DNA from: Anthoceros angustus
Lineage: Eukaryota > Plantae > Anthocerotophyta
Assembly: GCA_010909165.1 (NCBI GenBank)
Contig: MU008196.1
Location: forward strand, 248,001 to 312,000
Direction of reading: 5' to 3'
Length of the DNA stretch: 64,000 nucleotides
Shown: one piece after another, positions 9,000 through 19,881 of the stretch
Numbering within the stretch: position 1 is the stretch's first letter
How the letters are laid out: the number at the start of each line of letters is the position of its first letter
Translations under genes and position numbers: made by a program
Notes under the pieces: model-generated
What the model saw: the letters and a program-made list of their open reading frames with translations, nothing else
Told to the model about the DNA's origin: nothing
Databases searched by the model: none

Positions 9000-11900
9000 T
9001 TGTAAAATTGAAAATACCCACTAGCTAGCTTAGTTGGCTTAACCTCTTGTACTACCTAACATTTTCATTATGTTTTAAATGTAAATCTCTTCCCTAATGA
9101 CTTGGTTAAAAGGTCAGCTTTGGATTATCTTGAGTTGGAATATAATTGATATCTATTGTTTTATTTTCTAACATTTCGTGTAATGGTACTTACTACTATA
9201 TGTTTGGTTACGGGTGGAAAGCAGGGGTTCTAGCTAAGGCAATAGCACCACGACTATCACTATAGAGAGGTGTAGGCCCATCTTGAGGGATCAATTCACT
9301 CAAAGCTAACCTACTCCGGACTATATCCTTGGAGCGGAGGTGAGGACCCTATACTCGACTCTTTTGGACAAAGCAATGGTTGGTTGTTTCTTACTTGACC
9401 ATGAAATGGGTGCACCTCCTAGCGGTCTAGGATCTGATTTGCGGCTATCGGGATCTCTAGTAATCGGCATCGGCATAATTTGTTAATTGTAACTTAGATA
9501 TCGGGAACATGTTTATACATCAATCCTGTGCATAGTCCCTTTTAAATACAGAATATTCTCTTGACACATTGCCAATGTTGTCTTCTCAAAAATTGTGAGG
9601 CTAACTTCAAAAGATATATCGGGTCTTGTGAAGTTACTTAAATATATTAAGGCATGTATATGTAATACGACATTCTGCTTTCTCGCATTTGTTTAGGGCT
9701 CATATCGTAAGCCTTGTGCCACTTGGAAATGGTGTGGCTGGCTTAGCATCTTCTAGTCAAACTTTTTAGCTTTCTTTTATATATTTTGTTTGAACCAAGG
9801 AAATGGATTTATTACCTCTATCTCTTATAATATTAACAAGAGCATAAGTAAGTCTCCAGTGCATCATTTCATAATGACTTCTCAACCATGCTTTACTAGA
9901 TGGGAGAGTGAAGATGAAGCTAAAAATAAGTCATCCACATATAGTAAGAGGTAAATTGTGTTTATTTGGTCTTTGATATACATGCTAGCATACTTTGCTT
10001 TGAACAAAACCATATTTTGTAAGCTTGTCATGTATATCATTATTCCATTCCTTGCACGATTTTAGGCCATAAATGCCTTTAATGAGCACATGGTCTTCTT
10101 TACCTTTGACTTCATAGCCTTGAGGTTGTCTCATGTATATTTCTTCTTGGATTCGGCCATGCGGATAGGCGGTTTTGGCGTCCATCATGTGAAGATGTAA
10201 GTCATGTTGAGCGGACAAGGCTATTATAATTACGAGGCAAACTTTTACTCTGGTGCATAGGTAGCCGGGTATAATCTAAACCGTATTTGGGTAAACCCTC
10301 TACTACCTTGCCTTATATCTTTCAATGGAACCATCACCCTTACGTTTGATTTTAATACCCATTTACTTCCACTATTTTCTCCCTTTGGGTGGTTTAACTA
10401 ATTCCCATGTGGAGTTTTCTACTAAAGAGTTGTACTCAATCTCGCTACCTTCCACAGGTCTTTCTCGGGAGAGGAAAATGCTTGTTTCAAGGTTAGCGGT
10501 TCCTCTGGATCAAGTGGCTTTTGCGACTTGATAATAAGGTGTGAGAGGAGAAATGGGGTCATCGAGTAACAAGATATCCCAAAGGTGGTTCCTTCCATCC
10601 CAGTCCTGTGAGGTCTAGTCCTAAGATTGTACCTTGGTGCGGTTGTTGAATGTGTTCTTCAATCGACCACTTGTTGGGCTGGTTCTGAATGGGAGGGCTC
10701 TTCTTAGCTCGTCGTCGAGTTCATCCATGCTCGTCGGGCTCATCCTCAAAGGAATCGATCCTCCTCACGAATTTCAACATCATTAGTCGATTTCATCATA
10801 AATGTTGAGGTTCTTCTATGTCATCGTCGGATGCGGGTGTAATTGGTCGTCTTGGATATATTCTAACTCCTCCTCCTCCAGGTTCAACTAGAGGAACTTC
10901 TTTGCGGAGGAGTGGATGAATGATGACAAAATCATCGTCATCAAAAGTGGAAGGCTCGGATGCCGAGAGAGGAAGCATCGGGAGTAATAATGCGCCCCAC
11001 AGAGGAGAAAGAATATGAGATTCATGAAAGGTCACGCTCCTAGCATAAATGAGCTTTCGGGTAGATGGGTCAATAAATAACTAACCCTTCTTATTATAAG
11101 GTATATTTGCTGCCTTGGGATCCAGCTTCTTGCGTTGTACTTTGGGATGAACACATAGCGGGGATCCAAAATCGTAAATGATCAATAGAAGGTTTTCTCG
11201 ATTAAAAGCTTCATAGTCATGCCTTGGCTGCAAAGGTCGTGTCTAAGGAGATAAGTGGCTCAATAGCTTGACTAATAACTTTTAGATAATTTAGCTTGGG
11301 TGAGCAAGCGACTGTGATCTCTGAGGCGTAAATTTTGTTCTACGCCGCCATTTCTTTGAGGTGTATGTACCACACTAAGTTATTCTGCGCTATACCTTGT
11401 GACAAAATTCAACAAATTCATTGGAAGTGAAACTCTCCTCCATTATCGGGCGAGTTTTAAGCTTCTGTCAGTAAGTCTCTCGGCCCACATCATATATTCT
11501 TGAAGAAAGAAAAGGCTGACTCTTATGGCGGAGGATGTAGGTGAGGACAAATCGAGTAATCATCGATGAAGGTTAAAATACTACAACCACTAAATGAAGG
11601 TGCGGATATGGGACCACAAATATACATGTGAACCAACTCTAAGGGTGCCTAGCCCGAGGATGGATTGTGAAAGCTTGATGTCGTTTGTTATGTGCAAGCT
11701 TCACACCAGAGAGGTTCAAGTTTAGGACATGGTGTTCTAATAATTCCCTTAGACATTTGGATAAGCTTTTGGCTATTAGGATGACCTATCGGCAATGCCA
11801 AAGCATAGTATTGGAGGTGGGAATGGGAGGCTACATTGATGAGATGTATAGGACCCACTTGGCAGAGAGTTTTATAGAGTCCATCTCATCTAGTGTGCAG

Positions 11901-13165
11901 GCAGTTGTGGAACTTATTAGTAATGTAAGAAAGAGACACAAATCGCTTGAGAATAATTTGCATACTATGTTCTTGACATAGGCTAGCGGTGACACTAGAT
12001 TCTTACACATGGAGGTACATAAAGGACATGGGAGAGTAAGAACATGTCACGGTGGAGCACTTTAATGCCACGGAACCTACACCGAGATAGTGAGGTTATG
12101 ATCATCGCCTAGGAGGACATTTGTTGTCCTTTTGATGGCGAATAAGACTCAAGAGTTAATAAATCATATATGGGATGTTGCGCCTTGTCTAAATACCAAT
12201 TTTGGTTTGATGGCTTGGAACTTGCCAAGCCGATGCCGATGGTGTTGCTGGAGAATATTCCAACATGTGCTCGAGGTGGCCTCCTTCTTTGGCTCACCAT
12301 TTTTCTTTTTCCCAATCCTTCTCCATATGGTTGGTCATCTTGCACCAATTACATATAACTCCAGCCTTCTTGTTGCCTAAGGTTTAAATGAAGAGTTTAA
12401 TCCTCTGAGGATATTGAGCAGTCGGTCTAGGAGTGAAGTGCTTACCGCACGGCCCCGTCCTCTTCCTCACCTCGTCACGTAAACATCCTTTACGGTGGAT
12501 CAGGATTTTCATTCGGCTTGCGTCCTCCTCAATAAGTGCTATTAATTCACTTACGCGATATCCGGTTGTGGAGCCGATTAATTTCTTATGTTTGCGGCTC
12601 TAAGGACGCATTTTGTTGTCACAGGAGGGGAAAACAGGTGAGGAGAGCAATAAAAGTTTGTTTCTCTAAGTTTTCTTGAGAGGATGCTTCAAAATTATTC
12701 TTTGTCTGAAGTTGCTCAAGTGATGATCAATGGAATCGGTCTCCTTCATCTTATAGTATAAAGTGACGTGTGGCGATCAATAAACTCATTCCATCTTTAG
12801 AAGCATAAAGCTGAGCAAACTTCCCACATTTCGTGTGTCTGAGCAACTTGTCGTACCATCTCGGTAAGGCCATTCATTAAAGCGTCTAGGGCTCCGATCT
12901 TTGGCTTTCCCAATCTTCTATAGCGTCTTGGTCCCAAGTGGAACATTCTTGATTCCGTTGATATTCCATAAGTCATGGCTACCTTGAGACTCCTTAGGCG
13001 CGGTTCTTGCCATACATCATATCCTTTTCCATTGAATCTATCTTTGTCTTTGAAGTTGTGACCTTGAATCACTTGAGGCTTGGATTCATAGCTCTTTTAG
13101 CTTTTCTTTCTCATTATTTTAAAACTCTCCCTTCTTGCCATATAGATTGTTGTTCCATTAGCCAT
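9000..13165 (-). pseudogene. gag-pol of copia D (gag, zinc knuckle, PR, IN, RT, RNase H), many frameshifts
   Basis: DRFNGKGYDVWQ, WYLDxGATSH, LWHxRxGH, PLELVH, DNGGEF, KKLDPK, NSTWELVKPPKGRK, MDAKTAY...EEIYMRQPQGY, KGIYGLK, LLYVDDL, SWSSKKQPTIALS, ADLLTKSLG. Confidence 0.93.
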
Positions 13166-14008
13166 TTGGTCTTTTGAGCTTCAAAAATCGGTCTTTGGCA
13201 AGTTCATCGCCAAATCCTCCGATCCCACCATTGCAAGTGAGTTTATTGATGCGATTATGCGTGGTTGACACTTCTTGCTTTGTTTAGCGGAGAAGAGGCG
13301 CGGCCTTTTTTCTTCAAAATGATAATCGCATCGTCATCAGTCTGCGGACTTACAATCAAGTGAGAACACCTTGTGAAAGGTCTTTAAGACGATCGATTAA
13401 TGATGTTGTTGGGTATTGTAAATCAATTTCTCATTAGTAGCGGGTGATTTAGTCTAAGTTACGCTCTAATGGAGTCAATGGATTCTTTGAGTTGATAAGG
13501 CGTCATTAGTAATTCACCAACTATCTTATAGCCTTATTATTTATGATTTGGATTAGAGATGTTAGTATTGTCTATGTACTTAGAAATAGCACTATATTGA
13601 AGGCTAAATGAAGTTAGGAGATCTTTGCGAGCATAAATTATATTATTTACTCTATCTCGGACTTAGACAAGAGGGCTTCTATGAGACAACATACTTGTTC
13701 TTCAACAACATCAATTTGTGGAGGTCAAACTCCTCTTGAATGAAGGATGATTTGTGTTGTTGTTGTCTCTTCTTCTTTGAAGCCTTGTTCTTCTTCTTAA
13801 ATTCTTATGCTTGGATTGAAGAAATCCATGGAGGCGGACAGAGATCGATACATAAAGTGCATCCTTACAACTTTATGCAAGTCGAAGGTCGATTCGCTCA
13901 AGCAAGTTCTCCAGCATGATCTTCAAATGAAAAGTCGCAAATGCATTGATGATGAGAAGTGCCTTGAGCATGAGCAAGCAAAGATGCTCAATCACGAAGA
14001 GCTACCAT

Positions 14009-14020
14009 GCTATGATACCA
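14009..14020 (-). promoter_or_regulatory. Primer-binding site (initiator tRNA-Met type) of copia D
   Basis: tggtatcatagc immediately after the 5' LTR, one mismatch from the canonical tggtatcagagc. Confidence 0.85.
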
Positions 14021-14288
14021 TGATGATAATCAATAGCTCTTAGGCGGAAGAGATCACGATACAAATGAATTAATCAAAGAGTAAAAGTATAAGGCTAAGT
14101 GGTTGAGGTGGTCATAAAAATATGTTGTTATAACCACCAAGTTGTTGTAACTACCAAGTTATTGTAACTACTAACAACTAACTACCTAAAGCAACTAAAT
14201 AGATAACTACCTAATGCCCTAGATGATAAAATAATGTTTAAGTGATGTGGCCCTTATGAATAGTGCCTAAACTAGATATATTTCATCA
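14021..14288 (-). repeat. 5' LTR of copia D
   Basis: TGATGAAAT...ATCATCA, flanked by the TSD and PBS. Confidence 0.92.
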
Positions 14289-14689
14289 TAAGAGACCTAA
14301 AAGTGCTAGAAAGGACAAGTATGACATACAGGGTAGTATTAGCAATGGACTAATTGAAAATGTGTACCTAATACATCACGGGATATAGAGAATGCAGATA
14401 CCGGAAGAATATATATGCGAAGCGAGGGGATCCATATGGTGTGGATTGGTTATGAGCCATGTAAGGAGTATAAGGGCCATGTGAAGCACACATATTGTGA
14501 GTATGAAACAAAACTAAAAGTTAGTAAAAGTATGTGAATTTCTAAAACTTAAATACTAAGAAATTGATCAGGTTCAATGTGGGCACTTTCAATGAGAGAG
14601 AGGACATGTCGGAAGATTCTCTAGAGATAGATAATGAATTATTTAGACAAAATCTTGGACTTCTAGAAAAAATGAAGGTGGATTAAGGA

Positions 14690-15195
14690 TGATTTGGGCT
14701 TGATGTCTAAGACCCTAAACTCTTCATATGCTTGCTATGTAAATCTCTTCCTAAAGACTTAGTTAACAAATCAGCTGAGTTTTCCTGAGTTTGTATATAA
14801 TTAATATCTATGGTTTTGTTTTCTAACATTTCTCTTATGTAATGGTACTCATGCTATGTGTTTGGTCACAGGTGAAAACAGGGTTCCTAGCTAATGCTAT
14901 TGCTCCTTGAGTATCACTCATGAGGTAGTAGGCTCTTGTTGCGGATGGTTTAACTCACTCAAAGCCTTTTGCACCATACAATATCCTTAGCTCTGAGGTT
15001 GGTACCTATACTCGACTCGGTACTGAGGACGGGGCAATAGTGGGTTGTTTTCTTCTTGGACCATGAGATAGGGGCCTTGGCGAGTAGGAGTTCATAACGT
15101 CGATCTTCTATATCGGGATCCCCACTAATCGCATCGACATATCTTTATTAATATTGGTTCTTTATACTTGGTGTATGTTGATAAACTAATCACAT
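14690..15195 (-). pseudogene. RNase H end of a second, related copia (C), copy 1
   Basis: SWSKKKQPTIA...SDTQGAIALARNPVF...YIREMLENKTIDINYIQTQENSADLLTKSLG; clearly paralogous to 9050-9500. Confidence 0.88.
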
Positions 15196-15199
15196 ATTC

Positions 15200-16043
15200 A
15201 TCGTACGCTCCCATCCTCCTGAGTCCTTCGCTTTGTGCGGGGAATTTTGCATTTGCAGCCCATGCGTCACAGTAGAGAGGAGAAAGCGGCGGTCGGTGTT
15301 GGTGAGGCTTGGTCTTCACAGCCTGCCGCAGTTGCTCCCTGCAAGTGCCTGGCAATTACTCACGTGAATGGTTAGCTGAATTTTTTGCTTTGAGTGTGTG
15401 GCAATGCTCAGGAACTCTCGGCCAAACGGTGAGGCTGAAAAGACTCCACTGGAGGTTCTCATTTGTCTGGTACAAACTCACACTTAAGCCCAAGGAAGAA
15501 CTAAATTAATTCCGAGGACGGACCCAGGCGGTTGTGCGTGAGGCGAGTTGGAATTAATGAGCCAGCAATTGATGTTCTGACGGGGAGATTGTGGAGGAAA
15601 GAAGGTTAGATGAGTAGAAGAGGAGGGCGTTGTTGATTGAGAGTTGTGAGGAGAATTAGAGTGTAGGAGGCCACGAGGCAAAGCCTAAGGGGATGAATCC
15701 CAAATCTGCGATGAGGCGCTCCTGTGTGGAGGAGTGGTCTTAGGAATAAGGACAAAATTGCGGTGTGGGGTCGAGGGGCACGTGATGACGCCTTGTTAAG
15801 GCGTGACTGCAATCGTGTTGTGGTGTCGTTGTAGGTTGAGGCTTTAAGAAGCGATGCAGTGTAGCCTATATGGGGGCGTGAGCGTGCTTGCTTAGAAGGT
15901 TGAGGTAGTGTGCGTGCGGTGATTGATTTCTCAAGATCCATGGTTCCACAAGTCTCATGGGGGCCGAAACCCAGCGTGCGAAGCGGCGGTGGGATAAGTG
16001 TAGCCGCTAGAGGGTGCATCTGGGCCCGGGATCACCTCCCACA
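15200..16043 (+). repeat. Putative Ty3/gypsy-like LTR (~840 bp) abutting copia C
   Basis: Non-coding; ends ...cctcccaca followed by a tggcgcc PBS; 3' end homologous to 2980-3073. The 5' boundary is approximate. Confidence 0.55.
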
Positions 16044-16197
16044 TTTTTGGGCGCCCGTTCTGGAGGCATCTGGGAAGCCCCGGGATCTGCCTCCCACATT
16101 TTTAGGCGCGTTCTTGGGGAGCATCTCGGAAGCCGGGATCGCCTCCACATTTTGGCGCGCCGTTGCGGGGCATCTCGGGCCGGGATCTGCCTCCCAC
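16016..16197 (+). repeat. About 3.5 tandem copies of a ~52 bp LTR-end + tRNA-Asp-type PBS unit
   Basis: Approximate consensus gcatctcggaagccccgggatctgcctcccaca-tttt-tggcgccgttgccgggga; copies at 16016, 16066, 16121 and 16170. Confidence 0.8.
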
Positions 16198-18999
16198 GGC
16201 TTCCCCTCTAGCGGCCACACTTGTCCACTATCACTTACGTGCGTTGGGTTTCGTCCCATGAGACTTGTGTGGGAGGCGGATCCGGGGCTCCGAGATGCAC
16301 CCTCTAGCGGCCACACTTATACCATCGTTTAAATGCGTTGGGTTTCGTCCCATGAGACTTGTGGAGCAGTCGGATCTTGAGAAATCGATCACTAGGCTAC
16401 ACACTACCTCGGCCTTCTAAAACAAGCAAGGCGCCCTCTCACGCTCCTCTATAAGCTACACCGCATGTCTTTGCCCGTGGAATTCACTGCGCCTCAACCT
16501 GGCGACACCACACAATTGCAGTCCGTCTTAACAGGCGTCTATCACGAGCGCCGGGGACCCCACCCCACCTTAACTTTGTCCCTACTCTCAAGACCACTCT
16601 TCTCCTGCGGCAACATTTGATTAGTCCCTTGGGCTCACTGTGGCCGTTTTCCGACAGTTCTCCTCACAACTCTCTCCAACTCTCTGCTCTCTACTCTCTC
16701 CTTCACCTTCCTCCACAATCTTCTACTCTAACAACAATCTTCTTTGGCTCGTCAGCCTATACCCTCCTATTACACAGCGCTCCACTCTTTGCAAAAGTGT
16801 GAGTTCTTCCTTGGGCGGTTGCTATGTGGTGTGTGCAGACAGCGAGAACCTCGGGAGTCTTTCCTGCAGATACCCTTATGGCCCAGAGTTCCTTGACATC
16901 GCCACACACCTCAAAGCTAAAACAATTCCTGACAACCATTCTGGCACAACGGCGCCTGCGAGCAACCCTCAGCCTTTCCGTGGCCTTCTCCTCTCTGCAG
17001 AACCTTTGCGTTGGCTGCGGTGAGAATTCCTGCACACAAGTGAAGGACTCGGGAGGATGGGAGCATAGGGAACTGCGATAATTTGCTTCCGGCTTCCTCG
17101 GGGCTTGTGAGGAAATAAGAATGCTCGTGTCTTGCCTTCTGAGTCACTCACTGACAATAATTCGTCGCCCGGTAGCTCCCGATAAAACAGAAAGGAAAAC
17201 GGCGTGACCGAGTGCTGGTGACTTGCTTTCTTCCTGGCGCCACGTACTCCACTGTGAATGAATTCTTTATGTGGTGTTTTTGCTTTGAGTGTGTGTGGCG
17301 ATGCTAAAGGAACTCTCGGCCGAGGTGAAGGCTGCAGGAAGAAGACTCCTGGAGGTTCTCATGCAGTACACACCACATAACAATAGGCGACCCCAGGGAA
17401 GAACTCGTTAATTTCGAGACGGACCCGGCGGTTGTGCCGTAAGGGCCGGGGATTAAGATTAATGAGCCGGCAATCGGTGTTAGAGTAGAAGATTGTGGAG
17501 GAAGGAAGGTTAGATGAGTAGAGAAGGAGGCGTTGTTGATTGAGAGAGTTGAGGAGGTGGCGTAGGAAGCGGAGGCCACGGCGAGCCTAAGGGGCCAGAA
17601 TCCCAAATGTTCTTTTTGTGGAAGAGTGGTCTTAGGGTGAGGGACAAAGTTGCGGTGTGGTCAGGGGTCCACTGAGGCACGTGGGAACCTTCTTGTTAGG
17701 GCCTGCAATTGTGGGTATGGGTTGTAGGTTGGGCGTGGTGAATTCTGAGCGGTCATGTGCTTGCTATAGAGGCGTGAGGCGCCTTGCTTGTTTAGAAGGG
17801 GTAGTGTGTAGCTGCAGCTAGTGGTGATTTCTCAAGATCCGTGGTTCCCAAGTCTCATGGGGCAAAACCCAGCGTCTGGCTTGACAGAGGTGGGTATAAG
17901 TGTGGCCGCTAGAGGGTGCATCTGGGGGCCGGGATCCCTCCACAAGTCATGGGAGGCCAACAACGTCACAGTGATGAGTGGGATGAGTGTGGCCGCTGGG
18001 GAAGCCTCGTGTGGGAGGCGGATCCGGGGCTTCAGATGCTCCGGCACAGGCGCCAAAATATGGGAAGATCCGGGGCAAGATGCTCCCCCAACAGCGCCAA
18101 AAATGTGGGGCAGATCCGGGAAGCTTGAGATGCTCCCGGGCAGCGCCAAAAATGTGAGGCATCCAGGGGCCGAGATACCTCACCACACTTGTCCACTTTG
18201 TCGTTTAAATACGTTAGGTTTATCCCGCTGAGACTTGTGAGCTGGATCTTGAAATCAATCACTTTGCTGCGGCTACACTACCTCCAACCTTCTAAGCAAG
18301 GCGCCCTCTCACGCTCCCTCTATAAGCTACGCCGCTGTCTGCGGTCCAAGCCTCAACCTACGGCTGCACGATTGCAGTCACGTCTTACGGCGTCTATAAA
18401 GCCAGGCTGGGACTGACCCCACGCGTTTTGTCCATTCCTGGACCTCCTCTCCACACAGGGCGCCTCTTCTTCTGATTTGGGATTAGGTCCCATGGGCTGC
18501 ACAGCCCGGTTTTCCTACACTCTAATTCTCTCACAACTCCTCAGTCAACAACGCCTCCTCTTCTCTACTCATCAACCTTCTTTCCTCCACAATCTCCTAT
18601 TGTAACATCAATTGCTTTGACTCATTAATTCCAACTCGCCCATACGGCTGTTATAAATTCCGTCCAGGAGATGTGAGTTCTTCCTTGGGCGGTTACTATG
18701 TGGTTTGTGCAGAATGAGGCCTCAGTCTTTCTCTGCAGTCTACCTCAGGTGAGGTTCCTTGAGCATTGCCACACTCAAGCAAAAAATTCTGACAACCATT
18801 CACAAGGAGTAATTCGTTTTAGGCACTTGCGGGGAGCAAGCAATACAGCGAGGCTGCACAAAGACCAAACCCTCAGCCCAACACTCCCGTGGCAGCGTTC
18901 TCCTCTCTGCCGGACAACTGCGTTGGCTTGCAGTAGGCGAAATTCTGCACACAAAGCGAAGGACTGGGAGGATGGGAGGCTGTGCGATGAATCTGAGGA

Positions 19000-19490
19000 T
19001 TAGTTTATCAACATACACCAAGTATAAAGAAATAATATATGACATAGTCTTGAGCTATCTTTGGGGATCTGATATAAAGAATCGATGTCGATTTATGAAC
19101 TCCTGCTAGCCAAGGCCCTATCTCATGGTCAAGTGAAACAGCCACTATTGCCTGTCCAGTGCAGTCGGAGTATGGGGTACTAACCTCGATGGCTAAGGAT
19201 ATTGTATGGTGCGGGTTAGCTTTGGTGGGTTAAACCATCACCGCAACAGGCCTACCTGTTTAGTGATACTCAAGAGGGCAATAGCATTGGCTAGGAACCA
19301 CCATTTTCCTCCGGGAAACACATAGCGATCAGTACCATTACATAAAGAAATGTTAGAAAACAAACCATAGATATTAATTATATACAAACTCGGGAAAACT
19401 CGCTGATTTGTTAACTAAGTCTTTAGGAAGAGATTTACATAGCAAGCATATGAAAGTTTAGGGTCTTAGACATCAAGCCCAAATCATCCT
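19000..19490 (+). pseudogene. Copia C RNase H fragment, copy 2
   Basis: gaaatgttagaaaacaaaccatagatattaattatatacaaact...gatttgttaactaagtctttagga (DLLTKSLG). Confidence 0.8.
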
Positions 19491-19881
19491 TAATCTACCT
19501 TCATTTTCTAAGTCCGTTATTTTGTCTAAATAATTCAGTTCATTATCTATCTCAGAATCTTATATGTCCTCTCTTCTCGTGATGCCCATTGAACCTGATC
19601 AATTTCTTAGTATTTAAGTTTTAGAAATTCACATACTTTTACTAACTTTTAGTTTTTTGTTCACTACTCACAATATGTGTGCTTCACATGGCCCTTATAC
19701 TCCTTACATGGCTCATAACCAATCCACCATATGGATCCTGTTTCACAGCATACATATTCTTACGGGGTCTGCATTCTCTATATCCCGAGATGATTAGGTA
19801 CATTTTCAATTAAATGCAGGTATTGGCAATACTACCTCGGGTATGTCATACTTGTCCTTTCTAGCACTTTTAGGTCTCTTA

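Larger units (their letters stand above)
6867..14288 (-). mobile_element. Full-length Ty1/copia LTR retrotransposon D (7.4 kb), copy 1
   Basis: Direct-repeat LTRs 6867-7145 and 14021-14288 with TGATGA...TCATCA termini; 5-bp TSD TAAGA at 6862-6866 and 14289-14293; PBS tggtatcatagc at 14009-14020; PPT gtgagtggag at 7146-7155; copia domain order. Confidence 0.93.
15200..17070. repeat. Fold-back 1: ~0.85 kb inverted repeat of the gypsy-like LTR, junction ~16200
   Basis: 16265-17070 is a noisy reverse complement of 15200-16043 (e.g. gatttctcaagatcc ~15925 versus ggatcttgagaaatc ~16372). Mirror images lie at 17250-18990, 44410-46150 and 46330-48195. Confidence 0.9.

Noticed and set aside
13215-13250. 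Second PBS or nested element boundary (aataaa...caa tggtgggatc on the minus strand) before gag of D
   Set aside because: I found no matching second LTR or TSD inside D, so it is treated as part of D's leader.
13807-14043. 78-aa ORF and the many other short ORFs in the track as host genes
   Set aside because: They lie in retroelement leaders, LTRs or off-frame pol, and are not preserved between the differently noisy copies.
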